A stretch of 64,000 bases of DNA. It comes from Podarcis pityusensis. Its lineage: Eukaryota. The notes beneath the pieces are model-generated. The model worked only from the letters and a program-made list of their open reading frames with translations. It had not been told where the DNA came from and did not search any database. The stretch is taken from NCBI GenBank assembly GCA_964106645.2, contig OZ078259.1, one strand, 5' to 3'. The position numbers were made by a program, and so were the translations under genes. This document shows positions 36,401 through 48,989 of this stretch, piece by piece (positions within the stretch are counted from its first letter, which is position 1; each line of letters opens with the position of its first letter).

Positions 36401-38119
36401 TCTACCTATAGGCATAAACAGGTCTCCACAGGAACAGGAGTAGAAGTGGCTCTGCTGTGAATATGGTGGATGATTGTCTGTGTTATTTTGGACGAAAACC
36501 AACATTGCTGAATTACATTAACACTCAAACCTGCCAGTTCTGCTGTTTTACACATGTTCTACCTCCCTGCCATATATTGTTACCCATCCAGAGGACATCA
36601 TTAATTTGGCAGTGTACGAATGATGTAAATTAATATAATGCCAAATTGCAATAAGTGAATCTGCTTTTAGCTTTTCCTCTTGCAAGCTTAATTCCCAGGG
36701 ATGGCTGGTACCCACTGGAACTGGCAGAGAATAAGTCAGGGAGACCAATTACAGTCAGAATCAATGAAATCTAGATTTGCCGCCGTCTTCCTCTCATAAG
36801 AGTTCTGCAAGGGCCAAACTGCAAGGGCCAAACAGACTAAAGAGGAGGAAGGTGACAGCCCATGCTGCTTGCTGTACTGTGAATAAGAAGGCAAGCAAGT
36901 GGAGTCAGACTGAAGTTGATGGAAGGCTAGGCCCCAGTGGCCTAGCCTCCACTATCAGTGCCTCATAAAAGAAACATTAATTTTTTTTTGTGGTCCTTTG
37001 CAATGTCTTTTTGTGGAGAAAAGTAATTAGCAAGAGATAAAAAGGGTGGAGCTTAAGAACCAATGCAGCTTGCAGTCGAAGGAAGCTAGAGTTGCTCTCA
37101 CACCGTTACATGATATTTTGGCTGTGTGGTTCATGGAAACAGTGACTTGACCTTATACCAGTGCCTTGTCAAATGAGTACATAAATTGTTAGCTCAGTCT
37201 CCCTTGGGGGTAGACAGCTTGGGAAACTGTCTCCTTGCAATCTTTGAATCTGATTTGCTGCTATTAGTTCATGTATGTATTTGAGCAGTTTCCCAATAGT
37301 GCAAAATCTCATCACAATAACAGGATTTGCCATAGCCCAAACAGACATGTAGTTTCTCTTCTAACCTTCTATACTCCCACAACATTAGAATTCCAGAATA
37401 TTAGGCACTTTAAAAAAAAGCAAAGAAAGTGCTAACTCTGTGCAGGTGCTCATAACTCTGACATTTGCAGACCAGAGGAACACAAGGGTATGTAAGGTGT
37501 GTGAGAACAGTCACATAACTTCTCTCAGTTCTGGCACAACCTATCATTAGGTCAGAAAGGAAAACCTTGCACTCAGTCTTGGATAACAGCAGCGTGTGAC
37601 CAAAGGTGCAGACAATCAGCAGCAAATTCACTCTTGAAAACATCAGATCAAAGTGGTAAGAGCAGAAAGGCCATAATTATTTTGCATCCCATCTCTGCAT
37701 TAATCTATGAATTCTTTTAAAAAAAAAAAAAAAAAACCTGTATTTATACATATTTTTTCGCAGTGTAAGCATTTCAAAATGTATTTGGTTCTAAAATATG
37801 CACAGGATTCATAGGGTGAGATGGGCCCAGTGCTGTTTTCCTGAGAGAGATGGCACATCAAGAAAAACAAGGAGAGGTGATGTCTTAGTCAGAGCGGGCA
37901 GGTATTCCTGCAGGGATTCTTGTATGTATTCTTTGCCTCTTCTTAAAAGCTTGGTGGGTAGGCAGGAAAACCCATGGGAACAAGTTTGCAGTGCCTAGGC
38001 AATCTTGGAACTCCTGTTACTAACCTCAGGCTTGTGAATCTCAGCCCTTGGTCCAGGACTAGATTTATTGTTGCTACTCCTTTTTCTTGTAAGGGCACCT
38101 GGATGAGCTTGTGTCTTTA

Positions 38120-39064
38120 TTTTTTTTTGGGGGGGGGGGAATGATATTTATTGAAGTTTCAAAAAAAGGTTACAAAAATAGGAAAAAGAAAAGAAAAAAA
38201 AAGAAAAAAATACAAAATACAGAAAAGTGAAAGCATTTAAAAACAAATCAGTCTTTCCATGTCTTGTCTTTCATTTACTTGTTTCCCTGACCTCCTCACA
38301 CCTCCCTTTTTTGTATTCCAGTCCAGTTAGCTAATTCAGCAAATCCTTTCCCTCTTTGTTTTTATCCTAATCCTTTAACTTAATATATTGTAACTTTAGA
38401 TTCTCACCTGTTAACAATCCATTTTTACATACTCCTTTGTAATATTGCTGCTAAAACCACGTAACTTCATTCTGACATCGTTCTAACATTCATTAATTTT
38501 ACAGTATTTCTGTAAATAGTCTTTAAATTTCTTCCAATCTTCTTCCACCAACTCTTCTCCCTGGCCTCGGATTCTGCCAGTCATTTCCGCCAGTTCCATA
38601 TAGTCCATCACCTTCATCTGCCATTCTTCCAGGGTGGGTAGATCTTGTGTCTTCCAATACTTTGCAATAAGTATTCTTGCTGCTGTTGTGGCATACATAA
38701 AAAAAGTTCTATCCTTCTTTGGCACCAATTGGCCGACTATGCCCAGGAGAAAGGCCTCTGGTTTCTTCAGGAAGGTATATTTAAATACCTTTTTCATTTC
38801 ATTATAGATCATCTCCCAGAAAGCCTTAATCCTTGGGCACGTTCACCAAAGGTGAAAGAATGTGCCTTCAGTTTCTTTACATTTCCAACATTTATTATCG
38901 GGCAAATGATAGATTTTTGCAAGCTTGACTGGTATCATGTACCACCTGTATATCATTTTCATGATATTCTCTCTTAAGGCATTACATGCCGTAAACGTCA
39001 TACCTGTGGTCCATAACTGTTCCCAGTCAGCCATCATTATGTTATGTCCAACATCTTGTGCCCA
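38120..39064 (-). mobile_element. L1-clade LINE, 5'-truncated 3' end with 18-bp TSD
   Basis: Cys-rich C-terminus (CWKCKETEGTFFHLW...ARILIAKYWK), 3' UTR and A-rich tail; TSD GATGAGCTTGTGTCTTTA at 38102-38119 and 39065-39082 (TT/AAAG target on the minus strand). Confidence 0.93.
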
Positions 39065-39150
39065 GATGAGCTTGTGTCTTTAACACAATAAGAGCCTACT
39101 GAATCAGGCCAGTGGCCCATCCAGTCAAACATCCTGTTCTCACAGTGGCC

Positions 39151-39234
39151 TGTTGGATCACATGCGCAGCGAAAGTGATGCCGAACCCAGTTCCATCTAA
39201 ATCATCCATCAGAGGTTGATGGATTGATCCAACA
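39151..39234. mobile_element. 84-bp TG...CA mini-element with 10-bp TIRs and 5-bp TSD
   Basis: TGTTGGATCA...TGATCCAACA flanked by TGGCC on both sides; it splits the host-repeat motif CACAGTGGCC|AACCAGAT. Confidence 0.8.
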
Positions 39235-39679
39235 TGGCCAACCAGATTCCTGTGGGAAACCAGCAAGCAGGTTTCAAGTACAAGAGCTCTCTCCCCTCCT
39301 GTTCTTTCCAGCAACTGATATTCAGAAGAATTACTGCCTCTAGTTGTGGTGACAGAGCATTTCTTTCCTTTCATCTAAGTGCACTTGTCATTGGTTTGGG
39401 GCAAGTGCTAGGACAGGAGAGCCACTGCCAGTCAGTGTAGAGAATAATGTAGAGCATAATGGGCTAGATGAACCAGAAGCAGCTTCTTATGTTTGCTTGT
39501 GGCTCTTTGCATGGCGGCTTGGACCAACATATTGACTTTATTATGTACTCATTCTGTGATGTACAGCTACTGTCCCATCACTATTAGCAATGGCAGGAAT
39601 TAGCAGATTCTACTGGAGGTTCTTCAGCTCCTTCTCCAAGAAATGATACCAAGGTCCTCTGTTGGCATCAGCTATGAAA

Positions 39680-40170
39680 ACATTGCCTTTCTGTGTCGCT
39701 TTGCAAAACTTGGTGGTGTTGCATCAAAGAGCTAAATACACCCTGCTAGTCTTCTAAAGATAACGGTCTGCCCTTTTAACCTGAGAGGAGGCAAGACAGA
39801 AGCACTGTAGTGTTAGCTACTTGTGTTTAATGAAGAATGCCGGTTGCGATACAAAAAAATCTGTGTGTGTGTGTGTGTTCAGTGATGACATGGGAATGTA
39901 AGAGCCCAGGGCACTGCAACAATGTGTTGCTATTTTTAAGGATGGCTGGGTGACAGGTAAAACCCATTAATTTGCGCTCCTATAGGGGTTGATGGAAGAT
40001 TAGATTACTTTTCGATGCTTTTTCCTCCCTAAAGGATTTTAGTAAGGCAAGGGAGAGAAACCAGGGTGGCTTTTTTATTATCGATTCAAAAATGCTTTAG
40101 CGGACTCTTTTTCAAACTGGAGTACTGTGGGGATCTTTTCAATGTGGAGGTTAAAGAGATGGTGTACAAA
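39680..40170. promoter_or_regulatory. Candidate conserved non-coding element
   Basis: Largely repeat-free with several retained CpGs; CATCAAAG (TCF/LEF-like), TGACAG, CATTAATT and ATCGAT motifs. Untested. Confidence 0.25.
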
Positions 40171-40583
40171 AATATGTTTAAATGAGGGCTTATCTATGCC
40201 ACCATGAACTTAGCTTGCTGTTGCACCAGTTTGACTGTTACGGCTTCTTCTAAAGAACCTTGGCAATTATAGTCTGGCTAGTATTCCTTGCTGATGATCC
40301 CCAAAACTATAAATGAAAATGCTTCCCAACCAAATAATTCAGGTTAAACCCATTTTAACTCTGTAGTGGTGATGCAGCCTAAGTAAACGCTACCATAGGT
40401 CTTGCAGCTCTGCTTGGGAAAGCATGCTATAAGGGACTTTGGGTGTGAGCCTCTTTTGAGCAGGACCGGCCCACACAGGAAGCAAGGTGAGGGAACTGCC
40501 TTGGGTGGCAGGATCCACAGGGGCAGCACATCCAGCCTCCAAGGAACGCATTGCCCATGGCTGCTGCTGCTGCTGTCACAGTT

Positions 40584-40667
40584 ATTGTTGCTGTTTACTC
40601 ATTTAGTTGTGTCCAACTCTTCGAGACCCCATGGACTAGAGCATGCCAGGCACTCCTGTCTTCTGCA
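40584..40667 (-). mobile_element. Short BovB 3' tail fragment
   Basis: GTGTCCAACTCTTCGAGACCCCATGGACTAGAGCATGCCAGGCACTCCTGTCTT matches the BovB ends at 20445 and 30392. Confidence 0.8.
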
Positions 40668-43219
40668 GTGACAAATACATCATGCTCTTTGGAGACTGTT
40701 CAGCAGCTCCCACCCACCCCCATACCACTTCTGCAGTGGCCTCTTGGTGTCTAGGAGGCACTTCTGGTCTGCTCCCAATGCTAAGGATTAAATGGCAGGG
40801 GCTCCCTTCTGGGATCTCCTGGGGTCTGCACCTTCAAGGCATGAGACAGAGTGCCCCCAACCCCCCCAGCCTTTGATTCCCACTTTAACCATTGGATAAG
40901 GTTGATTTGAATCCCCTCTCTACTTGTTCCCAGTGTATATCTTCACTCCCTGTTTCTTCCCTGGTATTGGAGGGCACCATGTTGTAGTTAGTCTCAGGTG
41001 CCAAATGTCATGAGCTGGACCTACTCTTGAGCAGCAGCCACACCTCACCCCCCACCCCATGCTGCACGACAACCTGCTTGCCTGCTTGTGAAACAGAAGG
41101 TGGCCCAAACAGCTGTTTGTGATAAAGAAGGGCCTGGTACTGATAGAAAGAAAGAAAAATCCCTACAGCTATGACCAGTCCCTTGGAAGCACCCAATGAA
41201 GGAGTCTTTGGACCTTGGCCAAGTTATGTCCGAAAGAAGTCCTTCTGTTCTACTGTATTTAGGATGGGGGGGTGAATTCTATTCAGTTTGCATTTGAAGG
41301 CAAATCTATCAAATTTACACTTTCCTAAACAATGTGGAACCAAAACACAGCCATCCTTTGAAATTTGTTCTTGTATTGAATTTGTGATGTAGTTCTCCAA
41401 CCAAACAACATTTACAAAAATGCATGTTAGGGTAAATTATGCATAAAAATAATTATATTCAAGGGGAGAAACATACAAAATACATTATGTTCAGGAAAAC
41501 TTTGCAAAATAATAATAATACAGTAGTCAGAAATGCATTCAAAAATTGTTTATTAGGATGAATTCACACCAAAGTTCTGATTAATTTTGATAAGGAATTA
41601 AAAAAATATATATACATAGTGCTGAAGAAATGTGGAGAGCTGAATTTAAGATTGGAAAAATGAGAAACCAAGATGTCTGAAATCATCAGATCTTTTCAGC
41701 CCTGATAGTAATATGCTGTCTCAATTAAGAGGTTCCTTTGTTTTTTTTGTCTTCTATGCTGTCCTTTTCCATTGGATAGCTATACTCCTTTTTCCTCTAA
41801 GGCTCAGCTCCTCAAACAGTGGCTCATCTTGTAGTCATCCTTCCTGACTCCAGCCTTCATTAACAAAACCTTTTATAATTTCCATGTCTTATGGTCTTTG
41901 AAGGTAGCTTTGATGGCACTGAGGTTGTGCTTTTTTAGTGTATTTTCTTCTGTAGCAGCCAGATGTTTAAAAATACAATGCAAACATGCTAGCCATTTTT
42001 AAAGAACCTTTCAAGACAAGCATCTCTTGCGATCCACATTAGACAGGTTCAGCAGGTTTTGTTTTCTGAAAGCAAATTGTGTTTGGCAGGAATTGGCTTG
42101 GAGCCACTAAGAATTTGAGTGACGCGGTAACCTGATTTTCAGAACCATTCGAGGAAAATGCTTCTGAGCCTCCAGTAAATAAATAAAAGTGAAGGATCCT
42201 CTTGTACAAGTCAAAAATTCTGTGGCTTTTCTGAAAACACAGTATTTCATCAGTTTAAGGCAGGAGTGGGAAGACTTCTTTTCCATCAAGGGACCTTATG
42301 ACAGAGGTGGGTGAGGCTAGAGTAATAAATGGGCAGGGCAATTTAAAAAGAGGGCAGATTCCTCCTTCTTTCTCTGCCACACACTTTCTGCCCACTTCCC
42401 TCCAGTGCTTGGAATGAACTTATTTGGTTTAATGAGCTTCACTGAATTAGGTTTTTTTAATAAAAAAAAAACAACAACTCTGAACTGCACCCAAAAGTTG
42501 CTCCCAAAGTTACCAGGTAAACTGAATGTGAATGAAGTCCTTTTGGGGGTAGAACTTTCAATGATTTTCTTAAAGGAATCTTTGAAATATAGGCTTTGCC
42601 CATAAAACCCCCAATCCAGATTTCATTTTTGCAAAGTTTCATGTGACCAGTTGTTGATGGCATTGTGCATGTGTGTGTTTATAGCACTGAGAGATAGCCA
42701 TGCTCATGTATCCAATCTGAATTGCATGCAGTCTGTGTTCCTCCTTCTCTGCCAAACCTCCATATTCAGTCATTGATTCCCCTCCTTTACAGAAAATAAA
42801 TTGTATGGAATCAGACACAATGAAAGTTCAAAATAATTGCCCACACCAATGGAGCAGCAGTTTCTGCATCAGATTACAGTGGTATCTATTGTTTAAGGTC
42901 AGATAGAGTCAGCAGACAGACCATCCAAAGCTCCTCCATTATACATTTTCCTTCGCTCAGTTGCAACACAGTCAGTTCAAGTTAATGCAACATGAATTGT
43001 GCACTGCAACTATTTCAGCAAGAACATTTCAAATGTCAAAGGTACTCTTTTAAAGTTATCTTGAGTACACTGTGCTTCAGTGGCATATTTTGTGAAACAT
43101 ACATAGAACTTTAGCAAAATGCTTTAAAAATAACATTTAAAATAAATAAATTGGGGGAGTTCTTGCTGGGCTTTATCACATCAGGCTGAAAGTGGTGGTA
43201 GAGGATTGCACCCCAAGTA

Positions 43220-43487
43220 CAGTGGTGCCTCGCAAGACGAAATTAATCCGTTCCGCGAGTCTCTTCGTCTTGCGGTTTTTTCGTCTTGCGAAGCACGGCT
43301 ATTAGCGGCTTAGCGGCTTAGCGGCTTAAAGAAAAAGGAAACAAACTCGCAAGAACTCGCAAGACGTTTCGTCTTGCGAAGCAAGCCCATAGGGAAATTC
43401 GTCTTGTGGAATGACTCAAAAAACGGAAAACTCTTTCGTCTGCGAGTTTTTCGTCTTGCGAGGCATTCGTCTTGTGGGGCACCACTG
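43220..43487. mobile_element. Tc1/mariner-pogo (Tigger-like) MITE, CpG-rich
   Basis: TA TSDs; TIRs CAGTGGTGCCTCGCAAGACGAA / TTCGTCTTGTGGGGCACCACTG; internal repeated TTCGTCTTGCG motifs and (TTAGCGGC)3. Confidence 0.92.
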
Positions 43488-43892
43488 TAGATTTTCTACA
43501 TGTGGGGATATGCATGCATGTGAATGTGATCCTTGTTTTAGGGAAGCTGGATAATTCCATTGAAAGAAGAAGCAGGAATAGCTTTCACTTATTTGTCCCA
43601 TGTCCAGTATGGAAATCCATCCAGTGAATATGATCAGTATTTATTCCTTTTGGTGTTGTTACTTTTTTCAGTTTGCAGTTGATTGGTATCTGATCACCCA
43701 CCCACACAATTTGCATTACATTCTCTTTTAATTGAAATAAATGGGGTAGAATAATGTAATGACAAGGTATCTGTACCACAGTGGACAGTGAGATGAATAA
43801 TGTAGGTTTTTTGTCAGAAGCCAAACCGCAGCAGAACAGAAAATGTGGCAAATACAGGGCAGAATAGAAAATTGCACCTTCTTCCATCCCTT

Positions 43893-44030
43893 TGGTGCAA
43901 ATGGGTCAGTTCGTCTGGCTGTTAACCAGAAGGTTGGTGGTTCAAGCCCACCCGGGAACGACTGTGGGCAGAATTCCTGCATTGCAGGGAGTTGGACTAA
44001 CCTTCCAACTCTACATGATTCAGTGATTCT
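43893..44030 (+). mobile_element. tRNA-derived SINE with CR1-type tail (Squam2-like)
   Basis: GGCTGTTAACCAGAAGGTTGGTGGTTCAAGCCCACCC head and CCTTCCAACTCTACATGATTC tail. Confidence 0.8.
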
Positions 44031-44067
44031 ACTCACCACCATCACATCCTGCAGTCATGTTCTAAAG

Positions 44068-44432
44068 CAGAGATGAGGAACCTCAGAGATGAGGGCCAAA
44101 GGTTCCCACCAGGCTTCCCTATTCGTCCTTCAGGACTTTCCACAGACCCTCCTCAGGCCATGCCTCTCACTGACGCTGGATTCCCCTGAGTACTTTTGCC
44201 TGGCTGGATTGTGTTTTTGAACTGGGATAATGCCTCTTGCTTGCCTGCATGGAGGATGCAGAGAGATGTACTTGTGTATAGAAACCTCATTCATGGCTTA
44301 CTGATGCCACTTCTGTTGCTCCACCCTCTCTTGCCTCTGGCCACACCCACTTTTGCCGCTCTTCCTGCCCACTCTTGGAAAGTTGACCAAGAGGGAATGT
44401 GGCCCCTGGGCTGAAAAAGGTTTCACACACGT
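44068..44432 (-). mobile_element. Old hAT-like non-autonomous element
   Basis: Termini CAGAGATGAGGAACCT / AAGGTTTCACACACGTG; interior is the reverse complement of 54577-54902. Confidence 0.6.
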
Positions 44433-45131
44433 GCCCCAAATATTCAATGGCTGTCAAGGAACCATCTTCTGGATTGCTTGATGATGATGGGGGCGAGATC
44501 TTTCTGCAACAATGAGCCTTCATGGTTGGTGTCTGGACCACACGAAACATGCCTCCATGGGGACTGAAGCAGCTGTTAAAGATAACCAGCAAGAAAGACG
44601 GGTGAAGAGGCTGCTTATTTGGGGGAGGAACTGGTGCTGCTTTGCACCATTGGCCTTCAGCTGGTGGGTCAGGATCCACGATTGGGTCACAGCTGGATCT
44701 TAGGTGGGCTGCAACAGTAGCACTACCACTATAGAAATACATGGTAAAATTTATGAAATGGGCCAGTAAATGCATGTTCAGGCTAAAGGTGGGCCTTTAA
44801 CCCAAACAAGTCTGAAAACGATGGAGACTACCAATGTAAACCATATATATGTGTTACATAAGCAAAGTATTGCTTAGAAAGACCATAAACTAGTGGACAT
44901 TTTCATCACTTGTTGGAAGTGACTAGGGATGGATGAATGTGTCAGTTTCGGTTTTTCAATCCCCTGCGCCCCCCAGTCTTCAATTTGGTGGTTCAGGAAC
45001 TGCAAATGACAGAGGTTCAAATTAAAATGCAAACTTAACCAATTTCCCCCACACCTCTAGAAGCATGTAGCAATATAATCTCTCTTGCCCTTTCCAAAGT
45101 CTATTTGAAATCAGACTATTCCCCCCAATGA

Positions 45132-45133
<2 letters not shown>

Positions 45134-45164
<31 letters not shown>
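45134..45164 (+). repeat. (CAG)10 microsatellite
   Basis: Direct observation. Confidence 0.95.
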
Positions 45165-45165
<1 letters not shown>

Positions 45166-45474
45166 TCCTTGTTGACAAATGCACTTTAAGGAAAACTGCC
45201 TTCAACCTCCTCCTTTTTGAGAGAGAGTAATTGCCAAGGAATTTCAGAAACTGTTCACTTTCAAGATTGCATTTGTCTCTGGAGAGTAATTGTGTACAGT
45301 TGTATATTCTTGAAGCAGTATTTACAATCCTTTTTAGAACTTGCTGTTCAGTGAAGGCTTACGTCTGTCACATTTCATTATTGTGCAGGCACGTGCTTAA
45401 CACCTTTTTTCACATCAAAACATCGCTATGCCAAAGCATCCACTAGCACAGTGCTGCTGCATGATGGAAACTTT

Positions 45475-45644
45475 GGCTGGATCTAGACACATCAAAGAAG
45501 CGTTTCAGTTAAAAGCATTGTAAATTTAAACAGGGAAAACAAGTAGAGAAAAACGGGACTCCACGTAGCCATCTGGTGGCACAATATTATATTGCACATA
45601 CAATGCATATAAATCGCTTTTTCTTTACCAGTCTAGCTCAGTCC
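45475..45644. mobile_element. Small MITE with imperfect GG..CTAGAC TIRs, containing a CTCF-consensus motif
   Basis: GGCTGGATCTAGAC / GTCTAGCTCAGTCC termini with TTT on both flanks; GCCATCTGGTGG at 45568-45579. Confidence 0.55.
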
Positions 45645-46901
45645 TTTGTCTTTGTTTAATAAAAACACAACAAACAACAGTTCATTCAGATCTAGTTACT
45701 TTCTTGAGTTTTGACATATCTATGTTGTCTCAAACAATTGATTTGAAGAATTGTTTAATACTGATAAACTGACCAAGCGGCCCTTTTTTGTTAAGGACAT
45801 AGCTTCCTAGTATGTCTAAACTAGCTGCTGCAACTGCTTTTTGGGGGTTCATTTAGGAACCCTTGGGTTGAAGGAGATCTGGACCTCAGCTTAGTAGTCT
45901 AATCTTAGGCTCAAGTTCTGCTCAAACATTCCACATTTCTGAGTCATTCCTTGCTCTCCAGTATGGTGTGTACCAGATTTTGAGTAAAGTCAGGCAGTCC
46001 TTGGAGATTTTTATTTTTATTTAATTTTTTAGAAAATGGATTTAAGGTAAAAGTATTTTATTGTATTAAAAAAGAACACTTTGAAATTAGTTTAGAATAC
46101 ACGACTTTCTTATTGCTGCTGATCAAATGCACAATGACTTCTCTATATTTTTTTAACTTGAAAGAGGCATGGATTCCTTCAAAACTAGAGAGAACAAGCT
46201 TCCCCCTTTCCCCAGCCTTTCAAAACAGAGCATTGTTGTATCGCTAAACCAGCCTGCCTCTGTGCAATCATCTGTCTGCTCCTGGGACCTGACACAATTA
46301 CTGCTGAGAACAAGGAAGCTGGAAGGATGCTGGTAGTTTTGTTGGTGAGGAGGGGATGGATGAAGTTTGTTCAAAAATATATTTCTTAAAACTTTCCTTC
46401 TGATGCGGTGCAACTTTTGACTCTGAATTCAGAAGTGTGCTCCATGTATGGATGGGGGAGAAATCCGTCTCAGGTCACACTTGAAAACAAACCTGTTAAG
46501 TTCACACTTTTTGTAAAACGGCATTACTTTTAGAAAAATTGCTTTGCAAAAAGGGATATATTAGCCAAAATTGCATACATAAAAGAGTTTGTGCTGGGAG
46601 GAATTCACACTAAAGTGACAATGAATTTTCACGAGGACTTAAAAAGAAATCCACAAACAGATGTGCAGATGTGGAGATTGCAAAAAAATGAGAAACTGCA
46701 AGGATCAAAAAATGACAGATTTCCTTATACCTAGTACACAACTTCCAGGAGATGCTGATGTACTATTGATAAGTGGTTTTATTTTTTTAATTGCAACAGT
46801 CCCCAAAGGACTATAAAATGTCTTCCACCTAAGATGTGCTTGTACAGCACTAAGGATCCAGCTATTTCACAGTCCATGGTGTTTTGTACTTTGCTGTTTT
46901 G

Positions 46902-47091
46902 CATGGGTGCCAACTTGAATGAAATACTGGGGGGGGGAGGAGGTAAGTCCCACCCACATAATAGATCAGAAGACGTGGTGCATGGACACCATTTGAATGC
47001 AATGCCCATCAACTTTGGAGGGGCCCAGCACCCTCAAATATTTTATTGGGGGAAGCGAAGGGACCTCAGCTGCTAGAAGTTGGTTCTTACG
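46902..47091. mobile_element. hAT-type MITE
   Basis: Termini CATGGGTGCCAACTT / AAGTTGGTTCTTACG; 8-bp TSD CTGTTTTG / CTGTTTTA. Confidence 0.75.
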
Positions 47092-48890
47092 CTGTTTTAT
47101 TTTTTAATTTGGGGTTTTTCACTAATGAAAATATCACCAGGGATCAGTTCGACCCAATTAAAGTAAATAGGAGTGAAACACTATGCTTCTACGGTATTAG
47201 GGCTCTAACTGACCCAACAAACTCAATATTTCATTTATTTTGATGCATAGGGAGAAAGAGGGTTACCCACTCAGTATTCCCCCCACCTCGCTTAATTCAT
47301 AAACTCGGCTGTTTAGACAGTATGACAGCCAGGGTAGCTCAGTGCTGTTTTTAACTTACTGGCAGCAGGTCTTGTGGGTTGAAGGCAGGGATATTTCCAA
47401 ACCTCCTCTTTATATGTAAGGGCATTTGCCTTTCACAAGGTAAGTGTGCTTTGCTTTGTGCTACAGCCCTGCTGCTTTTCAGTTAAATTGTGTGGGTAAA
47501 AGGATCTGGGGCCTCCGAGACTCCATGACAGCATTCCCTTAGTTGGCTCTCCAGATGTTGCTGGCCTCTAACTCCCATCAGCTCAATGCAGTGTAGTCAA
47601 AGGATGATGGGCTCTGTAGTCCAATAATATCTGGAGGGTATATGACTGGAGAAAGCTGCCTAGTAGGAAAGAACATAGTGGAGAACACTGGACACCATTG
47701 TTATATAGATGTAGCCCTGCACTGTAAACCATAATTCTTAACAGAATGTCATCTATAATATTATTTTATTCGTAAACCTATATATGTGGGTTGCCTTTTA
47801 GGACACTGTCCTCACAAGGCAGCTTATAATTTGTCTTTCTCTCACACCTCACCACCCCCAAAAAGCAGCCAACTTTTCATTACAGTAAAGGCTACAGACA
47901 ATATTCAATTACAACTTCATTTTCTCATTTCATATCACAAAATATTGAAGTGAGTGTCAGAGGTTCCCTTGTAGAGGTAAAATGGTAAGAAACGGTCACC
48001 ACCTTTGAAGAAAATCACCAATAAGAGAAATCACTTGTCAAAATCTTGTTCATAAGTAAAATTTCCAAGAACTTGTTAAACTGTTCTTTAATGGGTGGTG
48101 AGGGGCGGGGAACTATTGCAGACTCAAGAGGAGCAACTCACCCTGTGATCACTTTGCCCTCTGGATGCTGTTAGACTGCAGCTCCCTTCATCCCCGGCCT
48201 TGTTGACTAGGACTAATGGGAAGTAGAATCCAACAACATCTGGAGGGTATCGTGTTAGCTACCCCTGCATTGAAAGAGTCCCGGCCAACCTTAGTACGTG
48301 GGCACCTTAAGTGGTAGTAAGTTCCTCTCTCCCCACATTGTTTGCAGCAATGTAAACTACTGATTTTCAATATTTGATTAGTAAAGTGTTTTTTCTTTCT
48401 TTAGCAGGATTAGGGCAATTAAAAAGACTGAGTAGCAGTTAAATGAAGTGTCACAGTCAATACCTAGGATTCTAACATGAGTGAACAGAAGGAAGTTCAT
48501 GAAAGGCAAGTTTCTCATTTTTCCTTCTCCACTGTACCATCTACACAGTTTTCACCAGAGGGATCTTCCTGAATCATGTTGGATTCATGGCCCCTGGGGA
48601 AGGAGGTATCTCCCAAAATGAGGTTGGAGGTACCTTTTCCTTTTTGATTGATTATTCCCTTGCAACCCAGCCCTGAACACATGGAGAGGTATTTCAGAGT
48701 ACTTAGCAAGGGTAAGGGAATGGAAACTTTTCCTTCTTTCACTTCCTCAGGATCCGAACCCATGATCAAAATTGTAATGATGGCTGACATTCACATACAG
48801 ATGCTGATAATCCCAGGCAAATGTCATGATTGTCAGTCATATATCCCCACTTGTTGGACAAATACTAGTGAATGATGACAGTCACACTTA

Positions 48891-48989
48891 TTTTCAGTGT
48901 ATCTGAAGAAGTGTGCTTGCACACGAAAGCTCATACCAAGAACTAACTTAGTTGGTCTTAAAGGTGCTACTGGAAGGAATTTTTTTTAT
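48891..48989 (+). mobile_element. Penelope-like element (PLE) terminal-repeat fragment with 11-bp TSD
   Basis: TSD AGTCACACTTA at 48880-48890 and 48990-49000; contains a hammerhead core followed by TTAGTTGGTCTTAAAGGTGCTACTGG, which I recognise as a reptile PLE pseudo-LTR end. Confidence 0.85.
48899..48936 (+). ncRNA. Minimal type I hammerhead ribozyme motif
   Basis: GUAU-CUGAAGA-A-GUGUGC(UU)GCACAC-GAAA-GC-UC-AUAC: catalytic boxes, a 6-bp stem II, stem I GUAU/AUAC and a vestigial palindromic (AGCU) stem III. Confidence 0.8.

Noticed and set aside
43893-43955. tRNA genes (this and other tRNA-like heads)
   Set aside because: All are degenerate and run straight into SINE bodies or CR1 tails; none gives a complete cloverleaf.
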